64,000 nt of DNA from a virus (IMGVR_UViG_3300032050_000075:1-64000); one strand, 5' to 3'. Positions 7,165-17,672 are shown, counted from the stretch's first letter. Numbers and translations are program-made. The notes: a model not told the origin generated them from the letters alone.

Positions 7165-8154
7165 ATGGTAGAAAAAAAGCATGCTTGGAAAGGGCAGAAA
7201 GATGGTTTTGTCCAAGCACTAGAATACATGAAAGGAAGGCGAGAAGGTAAGATACGTAGTATCAAAACACCTTGGCCTAAATTTAATGATGCATCTACCG
7301 ATGGTATAGAGTGGAATACTCTAACTGTTATTGCAGGTAGGTCTGGTGCTGGTAAGACTTTAGTAAAAGACAATATTGTAAATAACGCATTTGTACTGAA
7401 TAAAGGTGAAGAATTTAGGATATTAGAATTTCAGTTCGAGATGCTTTCCAGAGTAACAGCATTACGTGAATTCTCTAGTGTGGTCAATAGATCATACAAA
7501 GATTTGTGCAGTGCTAATGGTCAGCTAGATGATGAAACTCTTTTAAAATGTTATGACTATGCAAAGATTAGAGTAAAGTATCCTATCGATGTAGTAGAAA
7601 CTCCTATGACTGTTAAAGAGATTGAAGATGTAATTATTGATTACATGGAAAGTCACATTAATACAGAAGGTGAAGTTCCAAAATACGTCAATACGATTAT
7701 TACTCTTGACCATTCATACCTGCTTAAGGTAAATAATGGACAGAATAAGCAGGATATGCTTTATGAATTTGCAGAGACTCTTACAAAACTTAAGAGAAGA
7801 TATCCTATTGCGTTTATTATTTTAAGTCAGCTTAACAGAAACATTGATAATCCAGAGAGAAATGAAGATGGTAGGGCTGGTAACTATATCTTATCTTCAG
7901 ATCTTATGGGTGCCGATGCTTTGCTTCAGCATGCTGACGTTGTTGTTGGTCTCAATAGACCAGGGTATTTCAAGATTCGGTACTACGGTCCTGAAAGATA
8001 TATCATTGATGATGAACGAGTTATGGTAATGCACTTTCTGAAATGCAGAAATGGTGATACCAGAATGAGTTTCTTCAAAGGTAATTTTGAAAGTATGACT
8101 GTGGTAGAAATACCGACACCACCGAAACAAGAAAAACGTTTAAATACAAAATAA
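7165..8154 (+). CDS. dnaB: DnaB-like SF4 replicative helicase (motor domain only)
   Basis: Walker A GRSGAGKT, FQFEM, TLDHS, LSQLNR, ADVV and KCRNG motifs. Confidence 0.92.
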   Translation: MVEKKHAWKGQKDGFVQALEYMKGRREGKIRSIKTPWPKFNDASTDGIEWNTLTVIAGRSGAGKTLVKDNIVNNAFVLNKGEEFRILEFQFEMLSRVTALREFSSVVNRSYKDLCSANGQLDDETLLKCYDYAKIRVKYPIDVVETPMTVKEIEDVIIDYMESHINTEGEVPKYVNTIITLDHSYLLKVNNGQNKQDMLYEFAETLTKLKRRYPIAFIILSQLNRNIDNPERNEDGRAGNYILSSDLMGADALLQHADVVVGLNRPGYFKIRYYGPERYIIDDERVMVMHFLKCRNGDTRMSFFKGNFESMTVVEIPTPPKQEKRLNTK

Positions 8155-8699
8155 TGATTAAGACTCAAGAAAAGAAGAACCTGGTTGATAAGAAAGCTAG
8201 GATGCAAAATCTTGTAGATTATCACCAGAAAACTTTTGAGGCACTTGGTATAGATGATCCTTTGTTTGTACCTACAATGGCTTATAAACCGTATACAAAG
8301 AATGAATTACATGTTAGTTTATTTCCAAGTCAGCTAAAGAAGGGACAAGATATCTACACAGAGTTTGTAAATAAGGAATTTGAACCTGAGACTGAGGAAA
8401 GAACCTTGTATAAGTGGAAACATAACAAGTATTGGGAAGAAGAATATGATTCTGTTGAACTAGAAAACAGCAGTGATCGCAGATATCTAGTACCCGTAAG
8501 TGAACTAGAAGTTATAGTTGCTCCAGTTAAAAAGGAAACTGCTGATTCTCAGATAATTATGTTTGATACATTTGATGAGATCATGGATCCAGATGAGGAC
8601 TGTCCTCTAGATAGAATTACTCTTAGAGATTTAGCAGCAATCATGTTGCAAAAACCTGTAAGTAGGAAGAAGTGGCTAAATCAAATAATTAAATCGTAA
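8154..8699 (+). CDS. hypothetical protein (C-terminal TLRDLAAI motif)
   Basis: 181-aa ORF, TAATG-coupled on both sides. Confidence 0.75.
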   Translation: MIKTQEKKNLVDKKARMQNLVDYHQKTFEALGIDDPLFVPTMAYKPYTKNELHVSLFPSQLKKGQDIYTEFVNKEFEPETEERTLYKWKHNKYWEEEYDSVELENSSDRRYLVPVSELEVIVAPVKKETADSQIIMFDTFDEIMDPDEDCPLDRITLRDLAAIMLQKPVSRKKWLNQIIKS

Positions 8700-9442
8700 T
8701 GGAAATAGTACTGCCAACAAAAAAACAGAAGCCTGAAACTACAAGTCCAGAGAATCTTGTAATCTTTAGTAAGCCTAAGGTAGGTAAGACTACCTTGTTT
8801 GCTGACCTACCTGATTGTTTGATTCTAGATTTAGAATCTGGTTCTAAGTATGTTGAGGCTTTAAAAATTGGTGCTGCCAATGTAGATGAGATTAAGGCAA
8901 TCGGTAAAGCAATTAAGGATGCAGGTTATCCCTATAAGTACGTAGCCGTAGATACAATTACTGCTTTAGAAGAAATTTGTGTCCCATTTGCTGAGGAACT
9001 TTATTCTCAATCTCCCATGGGAAAGTCCTGGTTTTCAGAGGGTAAGGTTAAATATGGTAGCATACTTAACATGCCTAATGGTGCCGGCTATCCTTGGCTT
9101 CGTGAGGCTTTTTCAACTATTATTGCCTATATTAAGAAATGGGCACCAAGAGTTATTCTTGCTGGTCACGTAAAGGATGTGTTGCTGGAAAAGAATGGAG
9201 CTGAATTCACATCAATGGATTTAGATCTGACAGGTAAACTTAAGAGAATTATCATGCAGCACTCTGATGCAATAGGTTATTTATATAGACGAGGAGATAC
9301 TAACATTCTTAGTTTTAAAACTAAAGATGATGTATCTTGTGGTGCTAGACCTATTCATTTAAAGAATAAAGAATTTGAAATTTCAAAAATTAACGAGGAC
9401 GGTAGCGTAACAGTTGACTGGTCTCAAATCTTCATCGACTAA
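8699..9442 (+). CDS. AAA_24 / Sak4-like P-loop ATPase
   Basis: SKPKVGKTT, LDLESG, VAVDTIT, LAGH and DAIGYL motifs. Confidence 0.85.
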   Translation: MEIVLPTKKQKPETTSPENLVIFSKPKVGKTTLFADLPDCLILDLESGSKYVEALKIGAANVDEIKAIGKAIKDAGYPYKYVAVDTITALEEICVPFAEELYSQSPMGKSWFSEGKVKYGSILNMPNGAGYPWLREAFSTIIAYIKKWAPRVILAGHVKDVLLEKNGAEFTSMDLDLTGKLKRIIMQHSDAIGYLYRRGDTNILSFKTKDDVSCGARPIHLKNKEFEISKINEDGSVTVDWSQIFID

Positions 9443-9452
9443 ATTTAAAACC

Positions 9453-10142
9453 ATGATTAGTACAAAGAACATTAAAGAAAACGGTTCATCATCATCAGTA
9501 GCAAAGACATTGTCCCCAGGAAATGCCTCTGTAAAAATTTATAATATCCGACTTGAAGCAACACCTTATAATAAGGAAGCTTACAATATCATTCTAGATG
9601 TTGAAGGTCCTGCATTAGGTGATGACTTTGAGGGATTTTATGTTGACAAAGACAATCCAGACTTGGGTCGTCATCAGGGTCAGGTAGGCCGTGTTAAGCT
9701 TACTGAGTATCCATTTGCTGATGCAACAACTCCAAAAGGAAATGTAATTGTTCGTGATGAAGAGATTCTTAAAGCAATCAAGAACCTGTGTAAAGAGACT
9801 AAGTCACTAGCCTGGTTGGAATCACAAGATGAGAAGCATGATACTGTTGACTCATTGGTTAATCAATTTAATTATGATAAACCATTTGCCAATAAGTTCC
9901 TGCGTGTATGTATTGCCGGTAAGGAATATCAGAATAAGGCTGGCTATACTAACCACGATTTGTATTTTCCTAAATGGTCTAAGGATGGTATTGCATACGA
10001 AAGTGCTGAGGTTGATGAAGTAAAAAGCAAAGTAGTTAAGTTCAATCCTGAGGTCCACATTAAGAAAGGTAAGACCGTAGAGGTTAAAACATTTGGAGAA
10101 AGTACAACAAAGAAGTCTCTGGCTGATGACTTTGAGTTGTAA
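9453..10142 (+). CDS. putative single-stranded DNA-binding protein
   Basis: Position between the Sak4-like ATPase and primase; acidic-aromatic C-terminus DDFEL. ATG9453 preferred over TTG9414. Confidence 0.5.
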   Translation: MISTKNIKENGSSSSVAKTLSPGNASVKIYNIRLEATPYNKEAYNIILDVEGPALGDDFEGFYVDKDNPDLGRHQGQVGRVKLTEYPFADATTPKGNVIVRDEEILKAIKNLCKETKSLAWLESQDEKHDTVDSLVNQFNYDKPFANKFLRVCIAGKEYQNKAGYTNHDLYFPKWSKDGIAYESAEVDEVKSKVVKFNPEVHIKKGKTVEVKTFGESTTKKSLADDFEL

Positions 10143-10162
10143 TGTTTAAAGGTTAAACTATG

Positions 10163-10198
10163 AAGGGGGCAGAATTAACTGTCCCCTTTAATTTTTTA
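10163..10198 (+). terminator. intrinsic terminator
   Basis: Stem AAGGGGGCAG / CTGTCCCCTT followed by TAATTTTTT. Confidence 0.8.
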
Positions 10199-10202
10199 TA
10201 GC

Positions 10203-11171
10203 ATGCTTAGTACAAGATCAATAGTAGTATCAATAGATGAGGTTCCATCTACTTGGATATATGAATATTATTGTAAGCTAACCGAAAAGCTTACAGGTCA
10301 GAGTGTTAAGATGAAATCTTTGTTCAATCATAAAGACACTAACCCTAGTTTCTTTATCTATTACAGAGATGGTAAATACAAATGGAAAGATTTTTCTACC
10401 GGTTATGGTGGTAGTGATGTAAATCTAGTATCTGAATTATATCATCTAGAATATCCTGAAACCGTTCAGCTGATAATGAAAGACTATTCGGTATTCCTAG
10501 AGAAGAATAAAAACGGATATACTCTCAGCCCCATAGTTGAGGAAAATAAGTATGAGCTGTCAACAGTAGTAACAAGATCTTGGAATAATCTAGATGCAAG
10601 TTACTGGCTACAGTATAACATAGGCTCCGAAACATTAGAAAAATTTAATGTAAGGCCTATTGAATATTATGCTTTTACTTGCACTGACAAACCGGGTTTT
10701 GATGTGCGTAGTAATTATATGTATGGTTATTATAATTCAAATAACCAGATATGTAAAATCTACAGACCTAAAAGTCAAGACTATAAATTCATAAAGGTCA
10801 GAGATTATTTGCAAGGCACAGATCAGCTAGAGTTTAAGAAACCATATCTAGTAATATGCAGTTCTTTAAAGGATGCTATGTGCATAGATTCTATGGGGTA
10901 TCCTGTAGAAGTCGTTGCACCAGACAGTGAGAACAGTATAATCCGCAAAGAGATAATAGATTTATATAAAATAAAATATAAAGCTATTTGTACTTTACTT
11001 GATAACGATAAGGTTGGTATAGAAGCAATGGCAAAATACAATGCGCTATATCAGATTCCGGGTATACATCTGAAGTTAGAAAAGGATTTATCTGATTCAG
11101 TTAAGGTACATGGTGTTGAAACTGTGGATAGAATTCTTAGACCGATTCTTAAAAATATTTTACTAAGATGA
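10203..11171 (+). CDS. dnaG: DNA primase (DnaG-like Toprim, crAss-type)
   Basis: DTNPSF..Y...KWKDFSTG N-domain; SSLKDAM, APDSEN, DNDKVG and KDLSD Toprim motifs. Confidence 0.88.
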   Translation: MLSTRSIVVSIDEVPSTWIYEYYCKLTEKLTGQSVKMKSLFNHKDTNPSFFIYYRDGKYKWKDFSTGYGGSDVNLVSELYHLEYPETVQLIMKDYSVFLEKNKNGYTLSPIVEENKYELSTVVTRSWNNLDASYWLQYNIGSETLEKFNVRPIEYYAFTCTDKPGFDVRSNYMYGYYNSNNQICKIYRPKSQDYKFIKVRDYLQGTDQLEFKKPYLVICSSLKDAMCIDSMGYPVEVVAPDSENSIIRKEIIDLYKIKYKAICTLLDNDKVGIEAMAKYNALYQIPGIHLKLEKDLSDSVKVHGVETVDRILRPILKNILLR

Positions 11172-11590
11172 GTTGGTTATATAATGGTACCGTGTTTACT
11201 GAAGACATGATACCTGAAAATGCCGTTGGTTTTATCTATATTATGGGAGCCATAATTGACGGTAAATCAGTAAGTTACGTCGGCAAGAAAAACTTTTATG
11301 CAGAAGTAAAAACAAAGCTTAGTAAGAAGGCAATGCCTACAGACAAACGTAAAAAGACGTACAAACGTGTACGGAAATGTACGTATCAAAATTATTTTAG
11401 TAGCAATGAGATACTAAAACAAGCTCATAAAGATGGTGTACATATCAAAAGAGAAATCATAAAGATATGTTATACTAAGTCTGAGCTATCATACCAAGAA
11501 GTAAAGTACCAATTTATGTTTGGAGTACTTGAATCTGAATCTTGGTTAAACGGAAATATTCTCGGTAAATTTTACAAACAAAACAAATGA
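11168..11590 (+). CDS. GIY-YIG-like endonuclease
   Basis: GFIY...YVGKK, YFSSN, KREII and NGNI motifs. Confidence 0.65.
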   Translation: MSWLYNGTVFTEDMIPENAVGFIYIMGAIIDGKSVSYVGKKNFYAEVKTKLSKKAMPTDKRKKTYKRVRKCTYQNYFSSNEILKQAHKDGVHIKREIIKICYTKSELSYQEVKYQFMFGVLESESWLNGNILGKFYKQNK

Positions 11591-11952
11591 CTGAAGCAGA
11601 AATCATGGCAGCTATGCTGTCTATATGCGAGCAAGGAATAGAAATGGTAGAAGTAGACTTCTCTGGATCAGGAGATAGTGGTGATATAGATGAATGGAGA
11701 TATCTTGATGCTGATAATGATGAAATTGATATCGATGATAAGTCAGAGGCAATAATAAAAATGATTGGAGAAGAAATTATTAATCATAATTATGGCTATG
11801 ACTGGTATAATAATGAAGGTGGTCGTGGTACATTGTATATGAATCTTAAGAAAAAGACTTGGAACATAGAAGGTGTTCAGTATGTAGAAGAACCTAATAG
11901 TGAAGAAGGAGACCTTGTAAATATCTTAAGTAAGCTAAACGTAAATTCCTGA
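11587..11952 (+). CDS. acidic hypothetical protein (DUF6878-like)
   Basis: VDFSGSGDSG and DWYNNEGGRGT motifs, as recalled for this family. Confidence 0.6.
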   Translation: MTEAEIMAAMLSICEQGIEMVEVDFSGSGDSGDIDEWRYLDADNDEIDIDDKSEAIIKMIGEEIINHNYGYDWYNNEGGRGTLYMNLKKKTWNIEGVQYVEEPNSEEGDLVNILSKLNVNS

Positions 11953-12293
11953 TGGCACATCCCCATGAACATGCAAAAAGTTCTGTCAAAAAATGGGGTG
12001 GTAAACTAGAAGATTACACAGACATTCATAACTGGTTTGATGAGACTAAGGGCTGGTATGGTCATAGTATGCATCGTCTATTCCGTCATCACAGTGAGGG
12101 AATATTTGAATGTGAAAGAATCTTTGGTGCTTCCTTCATCAATTCTGATGGTAAGAAAGTTTACACCCGTTATGTTGGAGAACAACATGTAAAAGAAGAT
12201 TGCAATGGTTATATACCAAGTGCAAGAGAATGGATATTATTTATGAATAATCCACAAAAGTGGATGCTTAAAACACTGGATATCAATGACTAA
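11952..12293 (+). CDS. His-rich hypothetical protein (DUF6915-like)
   Basis: MAHP..HA.SS.KKWGG, IHNWFDETK, HR..RHHSEGIF and GEQHVKED motifs. Confidence 0.7.
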   Translation: MAHPHEHAKSSVKKWGGKLEDYTDIHNWFDETKGWYGHSMHRLFRHHSEGIFECERIFGASFINSDGKKVYTRYVGEQHVKEDCNGYIPSAREWILFMNNPQKWMLKTLDIND

Positions 12294-12732
12294 TCAATTA
12301 GAATTAACGTCAGAGATTTGTGATAATATGCTTAAAATGATGCAGTCAAGTGACAAGGATAACTTGACAGTTGCTGCAGAAACAATTAGACATATAGATG
12401 TAACTGAAAATCTACCTTATCTATTAATCTTATTTAAAGAATCAAGTGCAGAAATTCGTACTGCTGTATTTACAGAAACTATGATGGAGGATAAGTTAAA
12501 ATTGATATGCAAGCATATAGATTTTGATGCTCCAGTTACCTATAACGCCATATACAACGAGATAAAACATCACAATGTTTTGCAGGAAGCTTTAGAGTAT
12601 TTTCTAAATAAGTTTTCTATTTCCATAAAAAGAAACATGATGGAGTGGGGATTCAGTTTCCTGAGTGATTTTAATCTAAAACTAATACCTATTAAGAATG
12701 AATCATCAAGATTCACTAGCAAAGACCAGTAA
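12286..12732 (+). CDS. hypothetical protein
   Basis: 148-aa ORF overlapping both neighbours. Confidence 0.7.
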   Translation: MTNQLELTSEICDNMLKMMQSSDKDNLTVAAETIRHIDVTENLPYLLILFKESSAEIRTAVFTETMMEDKLKLICKHIDFDAPVTYNAIYNEIKHHNVLQEALEYFLNKFSISIKRNMMEWGFSFLSDFNLKLIPIKNESSRFTSKDQ

Positions 12733-13900
12733 AGAACTAATGCTGAAAGAACCATTCTATGGTTTATTTCTAATTAGTTTGAATAAGATATGGTCTGATA
12801 GAGTACCTACTGCAGGTGTCTCTAAGAATAATATAAATTATCAGCTCGTGGTTAATCCTGACTTTTGGGGGTCTCTTTCTGATCCCCATAAGTTGGGACT
12901 ATTAAAGCATGAGCTGTTGCATATTGCATTCTTTCACATTTGTTCTGAGAATCTTGGCTATGACAAGAAGCTTTCTAACATTGCAATGGACCTAGAGATT
13001 AATCAATACATTGATGGTATTAACTTACCAGATGGTGGATGCACAATCAAAACGGATCCATTTGTACAATTAAATCTTCCTGAAAAAGCTGGCTGGCATA
13101 TCTATTATGACCTTATCAAGGATGAACTTGATAATAATCCTGATAGCGAATCTAGTCAAAGAATTCAGCAAATGATTGATGATCAAGGTTCTGGAGAATC
13201 CCATACAAAAATGGGAGACTTAATACCTAATCACGAATCATGGGGTGAATTTGAAAATCTCAGTGATGCAGAAAAGAAACTAATTGAAAAGCAAACAGAA
13301 CATATCTTATCTGAGATCCAAGACCAAATAGAGAAATCTAGAGGTGTTATACCTGGAGAACTTAAGAATATTCTAGGAAGACTTAATATAAAAGAACCAT
13401 CGAAATTTGATTGGAAGGGATATCTAAGAAGATTTGCCGGTGGTTCTCAAAAAGTCTTTACTAAAAAGCTAAGACGTAAGTTCAATAAAAGGTTTGAGGA
13501 AAATCCAGGTCTTAAGATTAAACAGAAACGACATGTACTTGTAGCTATTGATACTAGTGGTTCTGTTTCAGAAAAAGAATTAAAGGAATTCTTTCATGAG
13601 ATAGATCATATCAATCGTACAGGTAGTGATATCACAGTAATTCAATGTGATACGTCTATCAGTTATATTGGAGACTATAAAAAAGGACAAGAACTAGTTA
13701 TTCACGGCAGAGGCGGTACTAGTTTTGATCCTGTTCTAGAGTATTATAATGCAAACGTTGGAAAATATACATGCCTTATCTATCTTACTGATGGTGAGTG
13801 TGATACAGACATAAATGTAAAAGGTAAAATGCTTTGGGTTATATCAACCAGAGGTAGCATAAATAAATCATTAAAAGGACCACAAATTAAATTGAATTAA
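12698..13900 (+). CDS. metallopeptidase-VWA domain protein (DUF2201-like)
   Basis: HELLH zinc motif, NIAMDLEINQ, VWA MIDAS DTSGS, GRGGTSF and YLTDG. Confidence 0.88.
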   Translation: MNHQDSLAKTSKELMLKEPFYGLFLISLNKIWSDRVPTAGVSKNNINYQLVVNPDFWGSLSDPHKLGLLKHELLHIAFFHICSENLGYDKKLSNIAMDLEINQYIDGINLPDGGCTIKTDPFVQLNLPEKAGWHIYYDLIKDELDNNPDSESSQRIQQMIDDQGSGESHTKMGDLIPNHESWGEFENLSDAEKKLIEKQTEHILSEIQDQIEKSRGVIPGELKNILGRLNIKEPSKFDWKGYLRRFAGGSQKVFTKKLRRKFNKRFEENPGLKIKQKRHVLVAIDTSGSVSEKELKEFFHEIDHINRTGSDITVIQCDTSISYIGDYKKGQELVIHGRGGTSFDPVLEYYNANVGKYTCLIYLTDGECDTDINVKGKMLWVISTRGSINKSLKGPQIKLN

Positions 13901-13901
13901 G

Positions 13902-15071
13902 ATGGCACAAGTAAATTTAAATACTTCAGAACTTAAGGGTTTTATTAATCATATTGTATCTAATAATAGATATCTTCAGCAGAATGGAAAGATTCCAGTA
14001 GCTGTTGCTGTAGAGGGTGAAGCAGGTATCGGTAAGACAAGTACTATTCTAGAAATAGGTAAAGAACTAGGTCTGCATGTTGTAAAGTTAAATCTTGCAC
14101 AGATAGAAGAGATCGGTGACTTGACCGGTTTTCCAATGAAGGAATTTGAGATTAAGAAAGATGATGTAACTAAATGGGTTCCTGAGAATACTTTGCCTTT
14201 GTATATCCAGAACAAGTATATTCCAACAGGTGAAAAGAGAATGACTCATGCTGCACCAGAATGGATTCAAGGCAAAGGTGAGGGTGGTATTCTTATCTTA
14301 GATGACTATACTCGTGCTGATTCTAGATTCCTACAGGCTTGTATGGATTTGATTGACCGTCAAGAATATATTTCATGGAAGCTTCCAAAAGACTGGCACA
14401 TTATCTTGACTACGAATCCTGACAATGGTGATTACAATGTAACATCTATTGACGTTGCACAAAAGACTCGTTTCATTACAGCTAATCTTAAGTTTGATAT
14501 TGATTGCTGGGCTAAATGGGCAGAGTCTGCAAACCTAGATACTCGTTGTATCAATTTCTTACTGCTAAATCCAGAGTTGGTAAACAAAGAAACCAATGCT
14601 CGTAGTATTACTACATTCTTTAACTCTATTAGCAGCTTTGATTCTTTTGAGAAAAATCTTCCAATGATTCAGTTTATTGCAGAAGGTTCTGTAGGAGATA
14701 CATTCGGTACAATGTTTACCATGTTCATCAACAATAGACTTGACAAGATGATTTCTCCTAATCAGATTCTCCTGAATCAAAATTGGGATACTGTAAAGTC
14801 TGAGTTGTATGAAACAATCGGTACAGGTCCTGGATATCGTGCTGACATTGCAAGTGTTCTAGCTACTCGCCTCATTAATTATACTGTTAACTATAGTAAT
14901 ACAGAGGCAATAACAGATAAGATTCTAGAGCGCGTAAAGAATATTGTAACGTCTGATGTATTTACTAATGACATTAAATATCACATCATCAAGAATGTAA
15001 TTAATGGCAACAAAACCAAGTTTACTAAGCTGATGATGGATCCTGAAATTGTTAAAATGGCTGTAAAATAA
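13902..15071 (+). CDS. MoxR-like AAA+ ATPase
   Basis: GEAGIGKT, ILILDDYTRAD, TTNP and AQKTRF motifs; adjacent to the VWA gene. Confidence 0.88.
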   Translation: MAQVNLNTSELKGFINHIVSNNRYLQQNGKIPVAVAVEGEAGIGKTSTILEIGKELGLHVVKLNLAQIEEIGDLTGFPMKEFEIKKDDVTKWVPENTLPLYIQNKYIPTGEKRMTHAAPEWIQGKGEGGILILDDYTRADSRFLQACMDLIDRQEYISWKLPKDWHIILTTNPDNGDYNVTSIDVAQKTRFITANLKFDIDCWAKWAESANLDTRCINFLLLNPELVNKETNARSITTFFNSISSFDSFEKNLPMIQFIAEGSVGDTFGTMFTMFINNRLDKMISPNQILLNQNWDTVKSELYETIGTGPGYRADIASVLATRLINYTVNYSNTEAITDKILERVKNIVTSDVFTNDIKYHIIKNVINGNKTKFTKLMMDPEIVKMAVK

Positions 15072-15077
15072 TAAGCT

Positions 15078-16166
15078 ATGCAGAGAAGCATAAAATTAAC
15101 AGAAGAACAATTAGATAGATTAAAGTTTATTGAAGGGTCTGGCCTATTGGTCAGACCCGGTAATTATTATAATATCCACTTTGTTAATGGGGATACTTAT
15201 AGTAAGATATATAAAATGTTTACGGCGTATACAGACATAAGCAGTATACCTAAAGATGCAAAAGGATTTATCCTACCAAAAAATAACCTTAAGAAGGATG
15301 ACATCAAAGAAATCTGTAAGCGTTATGATTTGAAGATTACTACTGATATCAGCAAAGCAGATTTCTTTATTGGCAATGATCATGTATCCGCATATTGCTC
15401 AATGTATGACTATACTGTGGATTCTAGGGCATTGATGTGTCAAGCATATATTAATCTGTTTGATTATGAGCATTGTGGTCCTAAGATAAAAAATGAGTTT
15501 ATAAACTTCATGTCATCATTAGCAGGAATAACTCCCGATCTTCTTAATGAGCAGACTTCTATTGCATATACTAAAGAAATCAATACCAGATATGAAGACT
15601 GGACTATGTATGCTACTGAAGGTAAAAGTAATTATATTACGGATGAGGGTATTTATATTCTATATAACATGCTCTCTAGAAAGGTTCCAGTAGTAAGCGT
15701 AGATAGTTTGTTCAAGGGTATAGATAAAGTTACTATAGATAAGGACATCTATGATACGTTAGTTATGATGTTTAAAGGAACAGATGATGATAAAGCCGTG
15801 GCAATCAACATGTTATATAATTGTAACATTGATGCTTCTCTCTATTATATCTGGAAATTAATAAATGATTTGTCATATGTTATTGTGTATTATAAACATC
15901 GTAATACTAAGGCGCATAAGACATTCATGGAATCTATTATGAAGCTTCAGCATTTAGATAATATAGAAGCAATAGCTTTATTTAAAGAAAAGAATTGCTT
16001 GACTAAAGAAATCTATGAGGATCTGTCTAGCAAAATACTTAACAGAGTTAATAGCTATGGTATAATTGAGGAGACAAAACGTAATAATGTTTTGAATATA
16101 TCAATTGATATTATACCATACGAAATCTTTATGGAAATAACTAAACCCGAAGAAGTAGATGTTTGA
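15078..16166 (+). CDS. hypothetical protein
   Basis: 362-aa ORF. The segment KITTDISKADFFIG is weakly BRCT-like. Confidence 0.7.
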   Translation: MQRSIKLTEEQLDRLKFIEGSGLLVRPGNYYNIHFVNGDTYSKIYKMFTAYTDISSIPKDAKGFILPKNNLKKDDIKEICKRYDLKITTDISKADFFIGNDHVSAYCSMYDYTVDSRALMCQAYINLFDYEHCGPKIKNEFINFMSSLAGITPDLLNEQTSIAYTKEINTRYEDWTMYATEGKSNYITDEGIYILYNMLSRKVPVVSVDSLFKGIDKVTIDKDIYDTLVMMFKGTDDDKAVAINMLYNCNIDASLYYIWKLINDLSYVIVYYKHRNTKAHKTFMESIMKLQHLDNIEAIALFKEKNCLTKEIYEDLSSKILNRVNSYGIIEETKRNNVLNISIDIIPYEIFMEITKPEEVDV

Positions 16167-17118
16167 TCCACAAGCAGAAGAAAGATTTTATGAGAACAGG
16201 TTTCATTTCAGTTATTCTGGATTAAATAAGTTATTGTATTCACCATCTATATTCTATAAGCATTACATTCTAAATCAGCAGGACGACAGAACAGATACGC
16301 ATCTTGTAGAGGGCAGGCTATTGCATTGCCTTCTGCTTGATGCAGAATCATTCAATAAGCAATTTATTCTTGCTTCTGGTTCTGTACCTACAGGTCCAAC
16401 CAAACAGGTAATAGATCGTGTATTTAGAAGTGCTGTAGAGCAGAGACGTGCAGATGAATCAATGTCAAGTTTTCAGAGCGAAATACTTGACATATTGAAA
16501 GACATTAACTTTCATCAAAGACTGAAGACTGATGAACAAAGACTGGAAAAAATCCTTACCGAAGATGCAATTGCATATTTTGAATTCCTGAAGAACAGAT
16601 CAGGTAAGGATATTATTGATGAAGATATGTACACCAAGGCTAAAGAATCCGTTGAGATGATTAGAAATAATCAATTAGCAATGGATGCTTTGTCTGGTGA
16701 CCATGTAGAAAGCGAGGTCCCGTTAAATTGTACAATTAATGATTATCCCTTTGGTATTAAAGGTATTGTAGATAGAATTATAATAAGGGATTCTAAGGTC
16801 ACAATTTGCGACCTTAAAACTACTGGTAAGACTGTTAGTGAGTTTGCAGATACTGTTGATTACTATAACTATTGGATGCAAGCAGCAATGTATGTGGAAC
16901 TAGTTGCCTGCACAAAGCAAATAGATCCAACAGAAATTGATTTCAATTTTTTAGTAATTGATAAATATCAGCAGATATATGTGTTTGATGTTGAAAAAAA
17001 TACTATGTTATTATGGAGAGAAAAACTTAAAGACAAACTTGAAATAGCTAAATATCATTATAATAATAGATATTACGCTTTACCATATGAGTTTGCAACA
17101 GGTAAAATCACCCTATAA
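16159..17118 (+). CDS. PD-(D/E)XK exonuclease (RecB/Cas4-like)
   Basis: FSYSGL, GRLLHC, KGIVDRI, DLKTT and YWMQAAMY motifs. Confidence 0.87.
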   Translation: MFDPQAEERFYENRFHFSYSGLNKLLYSPSIFYKHYILNQQDDRTDTHLVEGRLLHCLLLDAESFNKQFILASGSVPTGPTKQVIDRVFRSAVEQRRADESMSSFQSEILDILKDINFHQRLKTDEQRLEKILTEDAIAYFEFLKNRSGKDIIDEDMYTKAKESVEMIRNNQLAMDALSGDHVESEVPLNCTINDYPFGIKGIVDRIIIRDSKVTICDLKTTGKTVSEFADTVDYYNYWMQAAMYVELVACTKQIDPTEIDFNFLVIDKYQQIYVFDVEKNTMLLWREKLKDKLEIAKYHYNNRYYALPYEFATGKITL

Positions 17119-17120
17119 AA

Positions 17121-17672
17121 ATGGTAACTAAACTGTATACTGAATATATCCAAAAGTCTAGATTATTTATATATCCTCTTTTGGATATTAGAAAAGGTTC
17201 TGAGGCTGTTCCAATTGAGAGTTATATCAGTTGGACTGGTCTTCATGATCCTGAAGATATGAAGTTTGTATGTGTATATCACTTGAGGGACGATGATGTA
17301 TTTAGAAGATTTGAAAAGAATAAACTTACCAGCAATAAACTTTTCCATTCTTTCTACGAAACAACAAACGATGAGGGTGTGTATGTTTTTGATATGTCTA
17401 GTTATAAATATGACTGGGAACAATTCTTAGCCGGTCGGTATTCTCATATGACTACTGATACTAAGAATAAAGTACTTAAGTTTTTTATGGCTAATAAGTC
17501 TAATTATCATCAAATAAACAGCTATCTAAATCCCGAAATTTACTATGAGCAATATGCTAACTTACTGAATGTCAGTGAAAAGATCCTACGTGATGTTGGC
17601 GAGTTATGTTCAAAGCCAGATTTAAAGAAAGAAAATTTGAAAGCAAAGGTTAAATCTATATCTTTGTTCTAG
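17121..17672 (+). CDS. hypothetical protein
   Basis: 183-aa ORF with KSRLFIYPLL and FLAGRYS. Confidence 0.75.
   Translation: MVTKLYTEYIQKSRLFIYPLLDIRKGSEAVPIESYISWTGLHDPEDMKFVCVYHLRDDDVFRRFEKNKLTSNKLFHSFYETTNDEGVYVFDMSSYKYDWEQFLAGRYSHMTTDTKNKVLKFFMANKSNYHQINSYLNPEIYYEQYANLLNVSEKILRDVGELCSKPDLKKENLKAKVKSISLF

Noticed and set aside
16159-17118. Cas4 / CRISPR adaptation gene
   Set aside because: It lacks the four-Cys Fe-S motif and any CRISPR context; better read as a phage PD-(D/E)XK exonuclease.
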